Shown: positions 1-9,399, counted from the first letter of the stretch. The stretch is 32,000 bases of DNA from Halogeometricum borinquense DSM 11551 (GCF_000172995.2 NC_014729.1:1650001-1682000); one strand, 5' to 3'. The notes: generated from the letters alone by a model not told the origin. Made by a program: numbers and translations.

Positions 1-997
1 TTCTTCGAGGTGCTCAATCGAACGCTTCACCGATCTCCTCTCCTGCACGAGTACGCAAAGGAGACAAAGAACTACTTCACGCCACCGTACACGCGCGCTG
101 GTCCCATCAACGACGCTGCTACCGAGCATCTTCGAAACGTGGACTTCGATGACCCGCAATTCGTCTGGGTCCACTATATGGACGCACACCACCCCTATCT
201 CCCGACGGGGAAGTACCGAGAACTCCCGTTCCTTCCCGATATTTCACCGGTTCGAACCGTTGACCTTGCAGCAAAGATTGACTTGGTCAAACACCCCGAG
301 TACGACGGCGCTAGAGCGTCCGTCTCGGAACGTGATGTAGCGGATCTCCGTGCTCTCTACCGAGCACAGGTCAAACGCACCGACGACGCCGTTGGCGAAA
401 TTGTCGCCGAGCTAAAGCGCCCAGGGAATCTATGAGGAGGCATGTATCGTCATCGCTTCGGACCACGGTGACGAATTCCTCGAACACGGGTCGCTCGGTC
501 ATTCCCCGCAGTTGTACGACGAACTCATCCACGTCCCGTTCATTGTCAAACCGCCGGCCGAATATGATACAGTAGACGCTATCGAGGATCTGACAGCGTA
601 TCTCGACATCGGACCGACCTTCCTCGACCTCGCGGGTACCAGCGCACCTGATGAGATGGAGGGTCAGTCGTTCCTTGACGCCCTCGAAAATGGAAAAACG
701 GAGCGTGAGGCGGTCATCAGCGAGTACGCCAACAGCGGAAAGCGAATCACGTCCCGGCGGACACTCGAGTGGAAGTACATCCTCGACGATTACCACGACC
801 GAGAGGAACTGTTCGATCTCACAACTGACAGTACCGAACAGACTGACTGCTCTACTGACCGACCGGAAGTACTGGAGTCGTTCCGCGATGCCGTCCGAGA
901 ACGCATGTCTCATGAGGAGTTCGATACCGACGCATCGTTCGACGACGACGTGGACGAGGAGATGCGACAACAGTTAGAGGACCTCGGCTACCTCTGA
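1..997 (+). pseudogene. Sulfatase-family enzyme (arylsulfatase-like), cut at the 5' end by the window edge and split by a frameshift near 419-427
   Basis: ORF 10..435 (frame 1) ends ...AELKRPGNL*. Frame 2 continues from 425 as GIYEEACIVIASDHGDEFLEHGSLGH...IHVPFIV, the canonical sulfatase core, up to stop 995-997. Frame 2 carries a TAA at 413-415, so the shift must lie in cgCCCaGGGaat. Confidence 0.7.
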
Positions 998-1054
998 GAA
1001 CCTCGTGGACGAACCGCGACCTATTTTGCGGCGGTACTTCAACCGAGAGAATAT

Positions 1055-2530
1055 ATGACCGAGCAAGAGGCAAGCGACATCAGCCTCGGTGGCGAGACGG
1101 TCAAAGCGGCACTGGGGAAGTTCATAATGGCCCTCATCGGCTTTGTGGGGACTATTATCTTCGCTCGGTGGCTTGGCTCCGACAGCCTCGGTGGCTACTA
1201 CCTCCTCTTGACGGCCGCAGCTCTCTCTAACCGTCCCGTTCAGGGCCTTGCCGAAGCGATACAGAAACGTGGATCGGAGTCGGGCTTCGAACTGGAGCAG
1301 ACGCTCTCTGTCGGGACACTCGTCGTCATCGGATGGACCGCTCTCGCCGCTCTCATCGCGTACGCTCTCCGCGGCTACCTCCAATCGTTTTTCGGATTTC
1401 CGGGGTCAGTTTCTGCGTTTGTCGCCCTGTTAGCTTCACTGAGCGGCTTCTTCATCCTCCAGTCGCAACTCGTTGCACTCGGACGTATCAGTCGAAATCA
1501 GTGGTTTGACACCGTCCGGTCGTACCTCACATTCCCAGCACAACTCGGATTTCTCATCCTCGGATGGGGTGCTGCTGGCGTCGCCATCGGAGAAGTCGTG
1601 GCGACGCTCCTGTTGTACGTCCCGATGTACCGGTCGTTCGGGACTGGATTTGCACGTCCCACCGTCGAGACGATGCGGTCGCTATGGGAGTACGCGAAGT
1701 ACAGCATTCCGAACGAGTACCTGACGCACACGTACAGCCAACTGGATATGCTCCTCCTTGGTTTTCTCGTCGGAAAGAGCGCGACCGGCGAGTACGGGGT
1801 CGCCCTCCGTCTTACTGTCCCCGCGGCGTTCGTTTCGATGGTCGCCACGCAGGGCTTGTTCTCGCGGGTCAGCAACCTTCGGTCGAAGGGTGAGCGTGTC
1901 GATATCGACGTACAGAACACGCTTTCATTCGCCAGTATTGTTGCTATCCCGATGCTTGTTGGAGGCGTTCTTCTCGATGAACAACTTGTCGTGACGGCGT
2001 ACAGTGCTGAGTACAAATCGGCGGCGACATTGCTGGTTGGCCTCCTCGTATTCCAACTACTCAGAACACAGTCTCAGGTTCTTGACGGTGTCGTCGCCGG
2101 ACTCGACCGTCCAAACGTCAAGGTGAAAGTAAATTCAGTACTGCTCGCAGTAAACGTCATCGTCGGTGTTGCCCTCACGGTTGCGTATGGGGCCATTGGT
2201 GTCGTGATAGCTACCGTTATCGCCGAAGCCGTTCGGTACGGTTTCTTAGCATGGTACGTCAAGCAGTCGATCCCGTCGGTCAGCCTGTTCCCCCGGTCGA
2301 TGGCAGAACAGGCCGCCAGCGCCGTCGGGATGGGCATTGTCGTCTACGGTCTCCGGCAGACGCTCGCCATTGACTCGTGGCTAATTCTAGGCGTGGTTCT
2401 CGGCGCCGGCGCGGTCGCGTACACGGGAATTCTGTTCACCCTTAGTGAGTCGTTCCGCGTTACCATCACCGGTATCTCTGAGACACTGTATGGCGAGTGG
2501 CGTCGGTGGTCGCCACTTAGTCGGTCTTGA
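1055..2530 (+). CDS. Oligosaccharide/polysaccharide flippase (Wzx/MOP superfamily, AglR-like)
   Basis: 491 aa, hydrophobic throughout and consistent with a multi-pass membrane protein. The N-terminus is typical of polysaccharide biosynthesis proteins. ATG 1055 lies about 30 nt downstream of a tatttt element (1022-1027). Sits in a glycosyltransferase cluster. Confidence 0.8.
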   Translation: MTEQEASDISLGGETVKAALGKFIMALIGFVGTIIFARWLGSDSLGGYYLLLTAAALSNRPVQGLAEAIQKRGSESGFELEQTLSVGTLVVIGWTALAALIAYALRGYLQSFFGFPGSVSAFVALLASLSGFFILQSQLVALGRISRNQWFDTVRSYLTFPAQLGFLILGWGAAGVAIGEVVATLLLYVPMYRSFGTGFARPTVETMRSLWEYAKYSIPNEYLTHTYSQLDMLLLGFLVGKSATGEYGVALRLTVPAAFVSMVATQGLFSRVSNLRSKGERVDIDVQNTLSFASIVAIPMLVGGVLLDEQLVVTAYSAEYKSAATLLVGLLVFQLLRTQSQVLDGVVAGLDRPNVKVKVNSVLLAVNVIVGVALTVAYGAIGVVIATVIAEAVRYGFLAWYVKQSIPSVSLFPRSMAEQAASAVGMGIVVYGLRQTLAIDSWLILGVVLGAGAVAYTGILFTLSESFRVTITGISETLYGEWRRWSPLSRS

Positions 2531-3575
2531 CTGTTTGTTTTGTGTAATATGAAAGCAGGTCTTCGACAACTGCATCCCACGTGGGCAGTCGTTGAGTTCT
2601 TGTTTCACCTGCTGTCGCCTCCCGAATAGCTTTCTGGACAACAGACGGACGGAGGGCGCTGACACCGACGCAGTTCTCTCTCGACACCCAGTCTACCAAC
2701 GCGCCCGCCTCTCGAACTACGCAGGGCGTCCCAGCGGCTAACGCCTCGGCAACCGTCATCCCGTACGCCTCGAACTTACTCAGTGTCACGTACGCGTCCG
2801 CACCCGCGTACAGACCGGGTAACTCCTCGCCATCCACGTAGCCCAGAAACTCCACGCGGTCTTCAACATCTTCCTGCCGCGCGGTTCGCTCCAGTTCGTC
2901 GTGGTACGGACCGCTCCCGGCCACGAGAAGGTCGTACTCTGGAAGCTCCGAGAGCGCACGAATCGCGTGCTGGACGCCTTTGTACTCCTCTAGTCGGCCA
3001 ACCGTGAGAATGTACGGTCGGTCGCGTTCGCCGGTGTCTGCAGATGTGAAGCGATCCACATCGAGGCCGTTCGGAATCACCGTCGCATCCACATCAAAGT
3101 CGGTCGCCAACTGCTTGCGTTCCCATTTGCTCACGGCGACGACGGCGTCCGCCCGGCGGACGGCCCACCGACCGACTGGACGGTATGCAGAGAGGAGTTT
3201 GTCGCGTGTTGAATCCGCACTGCCGCCGTGATAGTGGGGTGTTACAACGAACCGACGGTCACCGATTCCGAGGGCAGCGAAAAACAACGGAAACGAGTGG
3301 TAGTTGTGGGCGTGAACGACATCGGCATCAGTCCGGCGGACTGCGGCGGCGAGTTGCGGGCAGACATGCATCGCACCGCCGGGTGCGATGCTCCGGAATC
3401 GGCGCACGTGAACGCCGTTCCGTCGCTCCGCTCGAAAGCCACCGTCGCCCGCATCGGCGGTCAAGACGGTCACATCGTGGCCGCGTTCGACGAGTCGTTC
3501 CGAAATCTCTCGAACGTGCGTTTCGACACCGCCCGACTGCGGCGGATACCGTGGCGTCACCTGCAGTATCTTCAT
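2517..3575 (-). CDS. Glycosyltransferase family 4 (GT-B fold)
   Basis: N-terminus MKILQVTPRYPPQSGGVETHV and C-terminal EAYGMTVAEALAAGTPCVV (E-x7-E) are GT4 hallmarks. The ORF track starts at GTG 3593. ATG 3575 is preferred because GGTGA lies 6 nt upstream. Follows the upstream GT2 stop (3594-3596) closely. Confidence 0.85.
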   Translation of the reverse strand: MKILQVTPRYPPQSGGVETHVREISERLVERGHDVTVLTADAGDGGFRAERRNGVHVRRFRSIAPGGAMHVCPQLAAAVRRTDADVVHAHNYHSFPLFFAALGIGDRRFVVTPHYHGGSADSTRDKLLSAYRPVGRWAVRRADAVVAVSKWERKQLATDFDVDATVIPNGLDVDRFTSADTGERDRPYILTVGRLEEYKGVQHAIRALSELPEYDLLVAGSGPYHDELERTARQEDVEDRVEFLGYVDGEELPGLYAGADAYVTLSKFEAYGMTVAEALAAGTPCVVREAGALVDWVSRENCVGVSALRPSVVQKAIREATAGETRTQRLPTWDAVVEDLLSYYTKQTVKTD

Positions 3576-3593
3576 CGATTGCTCACCGGTCAC

Positions 3594-4748
3594 TCACTCG
3601 TACACGTCTCGCAGTTCCTCATCGACTTCCCAGATAGCCGACCCCTCGCCGCGAAGCAGTTTCACGGCGGCAAAGAACAGCGACACCTGCGTGTCGAACA
3701 CTGCATAGAACGGTTGGAGCGGGCCCAACAGGTCACGCGATCCGAGGAGGGTAAACAGACCGAGTGATGCGGGCACCGCGAGGCCGAACGGGCCGGCAAC
3801 GAGGAGGCCAAACAGCGTCGCCAGCGACACCGCCCCTGCCAACAGCCACGGGGAGACGACCATGAACCACCAGTTGAACGGGAGGACGATGCCACCGTAC
3901 AGACCGTGGCGACCGAGGGCGTCGCGGTGTTGGAATAGGAGTCTGAGCAGTCCCATCGCGCGGCGGTCCTTCTGCGTCCGGCGCTTGCTGAACTCGGAGT
4001 GAGACGCCTCTTTGTACCGTACGTCGGGATCGAATACGACGCGCTTGCCGTTCCGTCGAATCAAGAGGGCAAGTTCGGTGTCGTCGGCGATGGAGTCGGG
4101 ATCGATAGAGACGATGTCGTCGTTTTCGAACGCGGAGAACGGGCCGTGGAAGATAAGCGTTGAATCGAGGTGCGACTCAAGCGTCTGAATCTTCGCTTGG
4201 ATGCCGCGGTAGCCTTCCTCGACTTCGCTCCCGCCGAGAACGTCCACGTTCCGACCCGTCACCGCACCAACGTCAGGGTCGGCGAGGTTCGCGGCGGCTT
4301 CACGGAGGGCGTCAGCGGCGACTTTCGAGTCGCAGTCGGTTTTGACGACCATCTCGTTTTCGGCGGCCGCGTAGGCGTCGTTGAGTGCGGGTGCCAGGCC
4401 GCGACGCTCGTCCTCTTCGATGAGATTCAGCGTCGGGGCTTCTCGGTCCGCGAAGAAGTTCCGGATGATCTCTCTCGTCTCGTCGTCCGAGGAATCCACG
4501 ACGACGAGTTCGACCTTCTCCATCGGATAATCGAGCGAGACGATGTCTCTGAGTTTATTCTCGATGATACGCTCTTCGTTGTACGTCGGGAGAACGATAC
4601 TCACAGTCGGTTCCGCTCGCTGTTTGTTCGCGGGCGATCCGTCCGGCTTCCAGACGGCGTACAGCGCGAGATACAGCAGATACGGGAGTCCCGTCAGTGC
4701 AACGAGTCCCGAAATTGCGCCGAAAAATCGGCGGACGTACGTTCGCAT
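3594..4748 (-). CDS. Membrane-bound glycosyltransferase family 2, processive-synthase-like architecture
   Basis: N-terminal TM segment, then VSIVLPTYNEE, VVVDSSDDET, TDCD (DxD) and TQKDRRAMG (a QxxRW-like motif with W replaced by R), followed by C-terminal TM helices. The ORF-track start at 4826 is a TTG; the first ATG is 4748 (MRTYVRRFFG...). Confidence 0.8.
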   Translation of the reverse strand: MRTYVRRFFGAISGLVALTGLPYLLYLALYAVWKPDGSPANKQRAEPTVSIVLPTYNEERIIENKLRDIVSLDYPMEKVELVVVDSSDDETREIIRNFFADREAPTLNLIEEDERRGLAPALNDAYAAAENEMVVKTDCDSKVAADALREAAANLADPDVGAVTGRNVDVLGGSEVEEGYRGIQAKIQTLESHLDSTLIFHGPFSAFENDDIVSIDPDSIADDTELALLIRRNGKRVVFDPDVRYKEASHSEFSKRRTQKDRRAMGLLRLLFQHRDALGRHGLYGGIVLPFNWWFMVVSPWLLAGAVSLATLFGLLVAGPFGLAVPASLGLFTLLGSRDLLGPLQPFYAVFDTQVSLFFAAVKLLRGEGSAIWEVDEELRDVYE

Positions 4749-4888
4749 ACCGGCGCTTTGCAGAGCAGCACAAAAATCCCCGCGGTCGGCGGTCGATCCA
4801 TCAAATAGACGATAAACCGCTGACAATTCCGCAGAACGGAGAAACGTTCCGGAACCCCTTTTACTAATCCCTGTCGCAGTTGCTCGTA

Positions 4889-5929
4889 ATGGACTACGAC
4901 GACGTCTGTATTCTCATCCCGACGTACAACGAGGCCGAAACTATCGGCGGCGTCGTCAGCGACTACCACAGCGAGGGGTTCGAGAACATCCTCGTCATCG
5001 ATGGGGGGTCCGATGACGAAACCGTAGACATCGCCGAAGACCGCGGCGCGCGCGTCGTCATGCAATCCGGGTCGGGGAAAGGCCAAGCGATCCGCGAGGC
5101 CGTCGAATATCATATCGAGGCACCGTACGTTCTGATGCTCGACGGTGACGCGACGTACTGCGCGAAAGACGCAGACACGATGCTCGAACCACTAGATGAG
5201 GGGTACGAACACGTCATCGGCGACCGATTCGCGGATATGCACGACGGTGCGATGACGCGGTTCAACCAACTCGGAAACCGCATCGTCAATCGCGCGTTCG
5301 CAACCATCCACGGCCACGACTTCGAGGATATTCTCTCGGGCTACCGAGCGTTCACCCGCGATTCGTTCGGACGGATGACGCTGACGGCTGACGGATTCGG
5401 CATCGAGACGGAGATGTCCGTCGAGTGCGTGAAACGCAACATCGAGACGACGGTGGTTCCGATCACCTATCGCCCGCGGCCCTCCGGATCGGACACGAAC
5501 CTGCGTCCCATCCGCGACGGTGGGATCATCTTCTTGGAACTGTACCGACGGGCGAAGACGAACAATCCCCTGTTTTACTTCGGGAGCGTGGGCGGTCTCT
5601 CGACGGCCATCGGGATCGGGATCGCCCTCTACGTCGCCATCGAGTGGGTAACCGTAAACACCTCCCACGAGGTTCTCGCGGTCGTCGCGGCGGCCGCCAT
5701 CCTCTTCGGCGTCCAACTGCTGATGTTTGGCGTACTTTCGGATCTCATCCTCTCGTTACACCGTGACACGCTCAGAAAGATCGACGAGGAGACCGGGACG
5801 AACGCAGACCAGACACCGGACTCCGGATCGAACTCGAACAGCGGTTCGACGCGCCCCCGCGGAGTCCGTCAGGATGGCGGTGACGAGGCCGAGACGACCG
5901 ACCGGTCGGCGTCGAACCCGGACGATTAG
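4889..5929 (+). CDS. aglJ: GT2 dolichyl-phosphate hexosyltransferase, AglJ-like
   Basis: Contains ILIPTYNEAETIGGVV...VIDGGSDDET...SGKGQAIREAV, then two C-terminal TM helices and a low-complexity acidic tail. ATG 4889 lies 21-30 nt downstream of ttttactaat (4859-4868), fitting a leaderless start. Its position relative to the ilv-leu operon matches aglJ in Haloferax volcanii, from memory. Confidence 0.7.
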   Translation: MDYDDVCILIPTYNEAETIGGVVSDYHSEGFENILVIDGGSDDETVDIAEDRGARVVMQSGSGKGQAIREAVEYHIEAPYVLMLDGDATYCAKDADTMLEPLDEGYEHVIGDRFADMHDGAMTRFNQLGNRIVNRAFATIHGHDFEDILSGYRAFTRDSFGRMTLTADGFGIETEMSVECVKRNIETTVVPITYRPRPSGSDTNLRPIRDGGIIFLELYRRAKTNNPLFYFGSVGGLSTAIGIGIALYVAIEWVTVNTSHEVLAVVAAAAILFGVQLLMFGVLSDLILSLHRDTLRKIDEETGTNADQTPDSGSNSNSGSTRPRGVRQDGGDEAETTDRSASNPDD

Positions 5930-6252
5930 AACGGAAGGAGCGCGCGAAGTTGGCCGAGGATGTTGTTCGACGCCGAGCGCCGGTACTCCTCGAACACTGG
6001 GTGGAGATGGTCGAGCAGTTCCGCCTTGCTGGTGTACTGAGACTGCGGAACTGATTCCAGCGCTTCGCTGAGACGAACGGTCCCGCCGGCGGCGTTGTAG
6101 GGGACGGCGACGTCGTCGAGCGCGCGGACGAGTTCGTCGTCGGTCACTGGGTACGTGATATCCGCCTCCGACAACTCCTTGGCGAGTGCAGCGATACCAA
6201 ATTCGAGCGTGTCCGGTTCGTCCCCGTCCTGCGGTGGTGGTCGTGCGGCCAT
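5926..6252 (-). CDS. Small conserved haloarchaeal protein (DUF2795/DUF5789-like by eye)
   Basis: An acidic 108-aa product starting MAARPPPQDGDEPD... from ATG 6252. The upstream part of the 141-aa ORF is basic and unlikely to be coding. Its stop overlaps the convergent aglJ-like stop. Confidence 0.6.
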   Translation of the reverse strand: MAARPPPQDGDEPDTLEFGIAALAKELSEADITYPVTDDELVRALDDVAVPYNAAGGTVRLSEALESVPQSQYTSKAELLDHLHPVFEEYRRSASNNILGQLRALLPF

Positions 6253-6350
6253 CACCCCAGCGTTATGACTCCGCCTGTTGAAAAACCCCCGACCGAGTTC
6301 CGTCGGTCCGCATCTGTTAACCCGACGGAGTCCCTTTCGGCAGGACGCCA

Positions 6351-6563
6351 ATGACCGACTATACGACCGTGTCGATCCCGAAGGACCTCGCCGAGCGCGT
6401 CGAAACCACCATCGAGGGGACGAGTTTTTCCAGTACGTCGGACCTCGTTCGCTTCCTGCTCCGGAGTATCGTTATCCAACACCAACGGGAGGGGAAACTC
6501 ACGGAGGCGCAGTTCGAAGATATCGCCGAGCAACTTGCGGATCTCGGCTACCTCGACCGCTGA
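6351..6563 (+). CDS. Ribbon-helix-helix (CopG-like) DNA-binding protein
   Basis: 70 aa. The N-terminus MTDYTTVSIPKDLAERVE fits a beta-strand followed by a helix, as in the RHH fold. The remainder is acidic. Confidence 0.65.
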   Translation: MTDYTTVSIPKDLAERVETTIEGTSFSSTSDLVRFLLRSIVIQHQREGKLTEAQFEDIAEQLADLGYLDR

Positions 6564-6625
6564 TCGGACGTGCGAACGGACCGATCGGTCGGTACAAACA
6601 GACCGGTCGGATGTGCGAACGGGGA

Positions 6626-7045
6626 TCAGTCGCGAGCAAGTGACTCCGTCGGCGGTTCGGCCTCCACCACATCGAGCGAGAGTTGCTTGCCGGACCGGTC
6701 GAATGCAGATACTGACGACTCGTCCCACGGCGGGACGGCAACCAAGATAGCGGCCGCAAAGTCGTCCTCACGCGTCGGTTCGTCCGGTCCCTGCGGATGT
6801 GAAACGAAGCGGGCGCGCCCGCGTCCAGCGGGTGTTCCGAGGTCAACACCGAACACTGCTCGGACGGACTTGCCGGCATCGGGGAGGTAAAAGTGGGTCA
6901 ACACCGGTGTCTCCGGGTCTACGTCCAGGTCGTCTTCGAACGCTTCGGCTGGCGTTGCCGCGAGGACGACCGTAACTCGCTCTGGTTCGGCGTCCGACGC
7001 CATGTCGAGAAGCGCGTCGTGCAAGCCGCGAGTGATGAAGACCAC
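6626..7045 (-). CDS. Conserved hypothetical protein, MPN/JAB-like with a degenerate metal motif
   Basis: 139 aa, acidic, GTG start. FVSHPQGPDEPTREDD resembles the JAMM motif HxHP-x7-S-x2-D but lacks the first His. Confidence 0.6.
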   Translation of the reverse strand: MVFITRGLHDALLDMASDAEPERVTVVLAATPAEAFEDDLDVDPETPVLTHFYLPDAGKSVRAVFGVDLGTPAGRGRARFVSHPQGPDEPTREDDFAAAILVAVPPWDESSVSAFDRSGKQLSLDVVEAEPPTESLARD

Positions 7046-7131
7046 ATCTGTTGTAGCGCGTGCGCCTGTAAAAGCGTGACCGCGTAAGTGACACTAGAAT
7101 AGATGCTCTCGAATGAAATGATATTCAGCAG

Positions 7132-7845
7132 CTACGATAGCATCTTCTGGAACGCCTTGCGGTACGCTCCGGGGATGTTCGTTCGCGCATTGTCCAGCGC
7201 ATCCTGAAACGCCCCCGCGGCGTTGCCCATCACGCCAGCCCCGTGACCGACGAGAACTCGGTCCGGATCGAACCGTCTCAGGGCGCGGCGCGGCGGGAAC
7301 GGTCGGAGCATCGGGTGGACGCCGAGGCGCTCACCGGGCGCACAGAAGTACGACGCCGTACCGACTGTTTCTGGAACGAGAAGCGTCCCCGACGACTCGT
7401 GATAGAACCCGACTTCCTGCCACGGCGGAATCGAACTGTCGAGGATCGTGAACGCCTCGAACCCGGAGTCTGCGAGACGACGGCTAAATCGCTCGACGGG
7501 GGCGTCTAACTCGTCTGCGACGCCGGTCATCCAGTCGGCAACGTACACCGGAACGTCGTGCCGCGTCGCCAGTTTGGCCGCGTCGCGTTTGTGTCGGTCG
7601 AGCCCGACGACGATGCCCGACACGTCGCCGTACTCCGCGAGCAACTCGTCGAGATTTGGTGCGTCCACGGGATCGAACAGCCAGACGCCGCCGTCGTCGC
7701 CGACAAGAGCGTGACTGGCGCGCTGCATCTCCTCGTCGGGATACGCAAGCCATCCGACGCCGCCGTCCCACCGATCAATCGTTCGATACTCGGCCGTCCC
7801 GCTCCCCTTCATTGGCATGGACGAATCAAGGGACGGCAGCGGCAT
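7132..7845 (-). CDS. Conserved hypothetical protein, metallo-beta-lactamase-fold-like with a degenerate HxHxDH motif
   Basis: 237 aa. ...SHALVGDDGGVWLFDPV...IVVGLDRHKRDAAKLA...VPVYV aligns by eye to MBL topology, but the metal motif reads LDRHKRD. Alternative starts at 7818 and 7812. Confidence 0.6.
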   Translation of the reverse strand: MPLPSLDSSMPMKGSGTAEYRTIDRWDGGVGWLAYPDEEMQRASHALVGDDGGVWLFDPVDAPNLDELLAEYGDVSGIVVGLDRHKRDAAKLATRHDVPVYVADWMTGVADELDAPVERFSRRLADSGFEAFTILDSSIPPWQEVGFYHESSGTLLVPETVGTASYFCAPGERLGVHPMLRPFPPRRALRRFDPDRVLVGHGAGVMGNAAGAFQDALDNARTNIPGAYRKAFQKMLS

Positions 7846-8007
7846 AAACCCGGGCGACAGAAACAGATTGTCTCATTTTCGGAGTTTACAGCAATCTCTG
7901 CCGCATTGGTTGGATACGGTGATATCTTCCGCATTCTGTCATGCGTGTAAGCATCAACGACGCGAAACGACGCGACGATATTTCACCCCTCGTCACGTAG
8001 AGGCGCT

Positions 8008-8751
8008 ATGCTCACCCGCTTTTGTCGTCTCGGCTTAGAGGTCAAGTATCTCGAAGCGGCCCGGGAGTTCTACGAGACACGCCTCGGCCTCGTTCCTACC
8101 AACGAGTCCGACACCACTGTTGCCTACGACGTGGGCCAAACAACGGTTGTCCTCCGGCGGCCCGTTTCAGTCCCTCGCGGCGGCGTTCACACACATTACG
8201 CTTTCTCAACGACGCGCGAGGCGTACGATGACTGGATGACCGAACTCTCTGATCTCGACCCCGCGGAGTTCACGTTCGGGTCCTCCCACTCGTTGTACGT
8301 TTACGACGCCGACGGCAACTGCGTCGAAATCGGCGGCATCGACGAAGCAGGCGGGAAGTCGGAAGATGACAGAGAGGGTGTCTCGGGGGACGGTGAACAG
8401 ACGCCCGCGAACCTCCCGTTGACGGGTATCTTCGAGGTCGTTCTCGAAGTCACCGACCTCGAACGCGCCGAAGCGCAGTTTCGTGCCCTCGGCTTCGAGG
8501 TAGTAGATCGGGGTGACGAACGGCCGCGCGTCCGTCTGTCGGGTCCGGTGGACCTCGAACTGTGGGAACCGCAGTTAGGAATCGCTGACGCGCGAGGCGG
8601 ACTGCACGTCGAGTTGGCGTTCCGGACGGATGACCCGCACGCGGCAGTCGAGGCTGGCGGACCATGGGCAGTCGGACCGGAGGAGATCGAGAACGGCTTG
8701 CGGGTTCGGGATGCAGACGGGCACGTCATCGAGTTTGTTACCGACTGCTGA
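8008..8751 (+). CDS. VOC-family protein (glyoxalase/bleomycin resistance/dioxygenase), two tandem domains
   Basis: L..V..LE.A..FY...LG appears at the N-terminus, and IFEVVLEVTDLERAEAQFRALGF appears in the second half. ATG 8008 lies 25-31 nt downstream of gatattt (7977-7983), fitting a leaderless start. Confidence 0.75.
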   Translation: MLTRFCRLGLEVKYLEAAREFYETRLGLVPTNESDTTVAYDVGQTTVVLRRPVSVPRGGVHTHYAFSTTREAYDDWMTELSDLDPAEFTFGSSHSLYVYDADGNCVEIGGIDEAGGKSEDDREGVSGDGEQTPANLPLTGIFEVVLEVTDLERAEAQFRALGFEVVDRGDERPRVRLSGPVDLELWEPQLGIADARGGLHVELAFRTDDPHAAVEAGGPWAVGPEEIENGLRVRDADGHVIEFVTDC

Positions 8752-8817
8752 TGACTGTGGGCACTGATTGCTGGATAGCGTCGAGAAGAACCCGGTCGAG
8801 TTGGTTGCGGTCGGTTC

Positions 8818-9117
8818 TCAGAGTCGGTCGGTGTCGATATCGACACCGGGAGGCGTTACAACGAGGAACTTCCGGAAGTGCATCAGTTGCCCGCCCATGT
8901 CTTTTATCTCGCGGGCGAATCCGGTAGCGAGTTCGTTCAGGTCGCCCTCGACAGCGAGAAACAGGACGTTGCCGTTCTCGATTGTCTCGATCCACGTTTG
9001 CGGATCGGTTTCGCCGTTGAGGACGCCGAGAACCACGTTTCCGGCCAGTTCCTCCTCGTCGAGATGCTCCTCGGCTGAAGAGAGGTCGAGGTTGAAATCG
9101 CTCATACCCGGTCCCAT
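8818..9117 (-). CDS. Small acidic conserved haloarchaeal protein (C-terminus SepF/DUF552-like by eye)
   Basis: MGPGMSDFNLDLSSAEEHLDEEE...LVVTPPGVDIDTDRL. Start at 9117 or 9105; the basic upstream extension to 9204 is unlikely to be coding. Confidence 0.55.
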   Translation of the reverse strand: MGPGMSDFNLDLSSAEEHLDEEELAGNVVLGVLNGETDPQTWIETIENGNVLFLAVEGDLNELATGFAREIKDMGGQLMHFRKFLVVTPPGVDIDTDRL

Positions 9118-9399
9118 GCAGAGGGGGACGAAAAGGATTCGGTGCGACGCTCGGCGCGCACTCCGGTTAACGTTCGTCCAGTCGGCGACGCGCGCGAGCC
9201 GCAAGGAAAATTAATTCACAAATTCTGGGGTGGAATATTCGTTTGTGTAGTTCAACTACTGATTCCATGCGATAGAGGAATATAAGGTCATATGCACTCT
9301 TTCTATCCTATTGAAGCCGTTTACGTCGTGCGATTTTGCCGAATCAGTTAGCCGCCATGAGATACCGTATAACGTTCGTGATACTGTCTCAGGGAAATC

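Noticed and set aside
245-265. A ggttcgaac string resembling a tRNA T-arm, plus a general search for tRNA, rRNA, C/D-box and 7S/RNase P-like genes in the intergenic gaps
   Set aside because: The string lies inside the sulfatase coding frame with no cloverleaf context. No intergenic gap showed acceptor or T-arm pairings, or C (RUGAUGA) / D (CUGA) box pairs.
3594-4826. The 4826 start for the membrane GT2, and the 4880 start for the aglJ-like gene
   Set aside because: Both are TTG codons. The first ATGs (4748 and 4889) give sensible N-termini, and 4889 is correctly spaced from the ttttactaat element.
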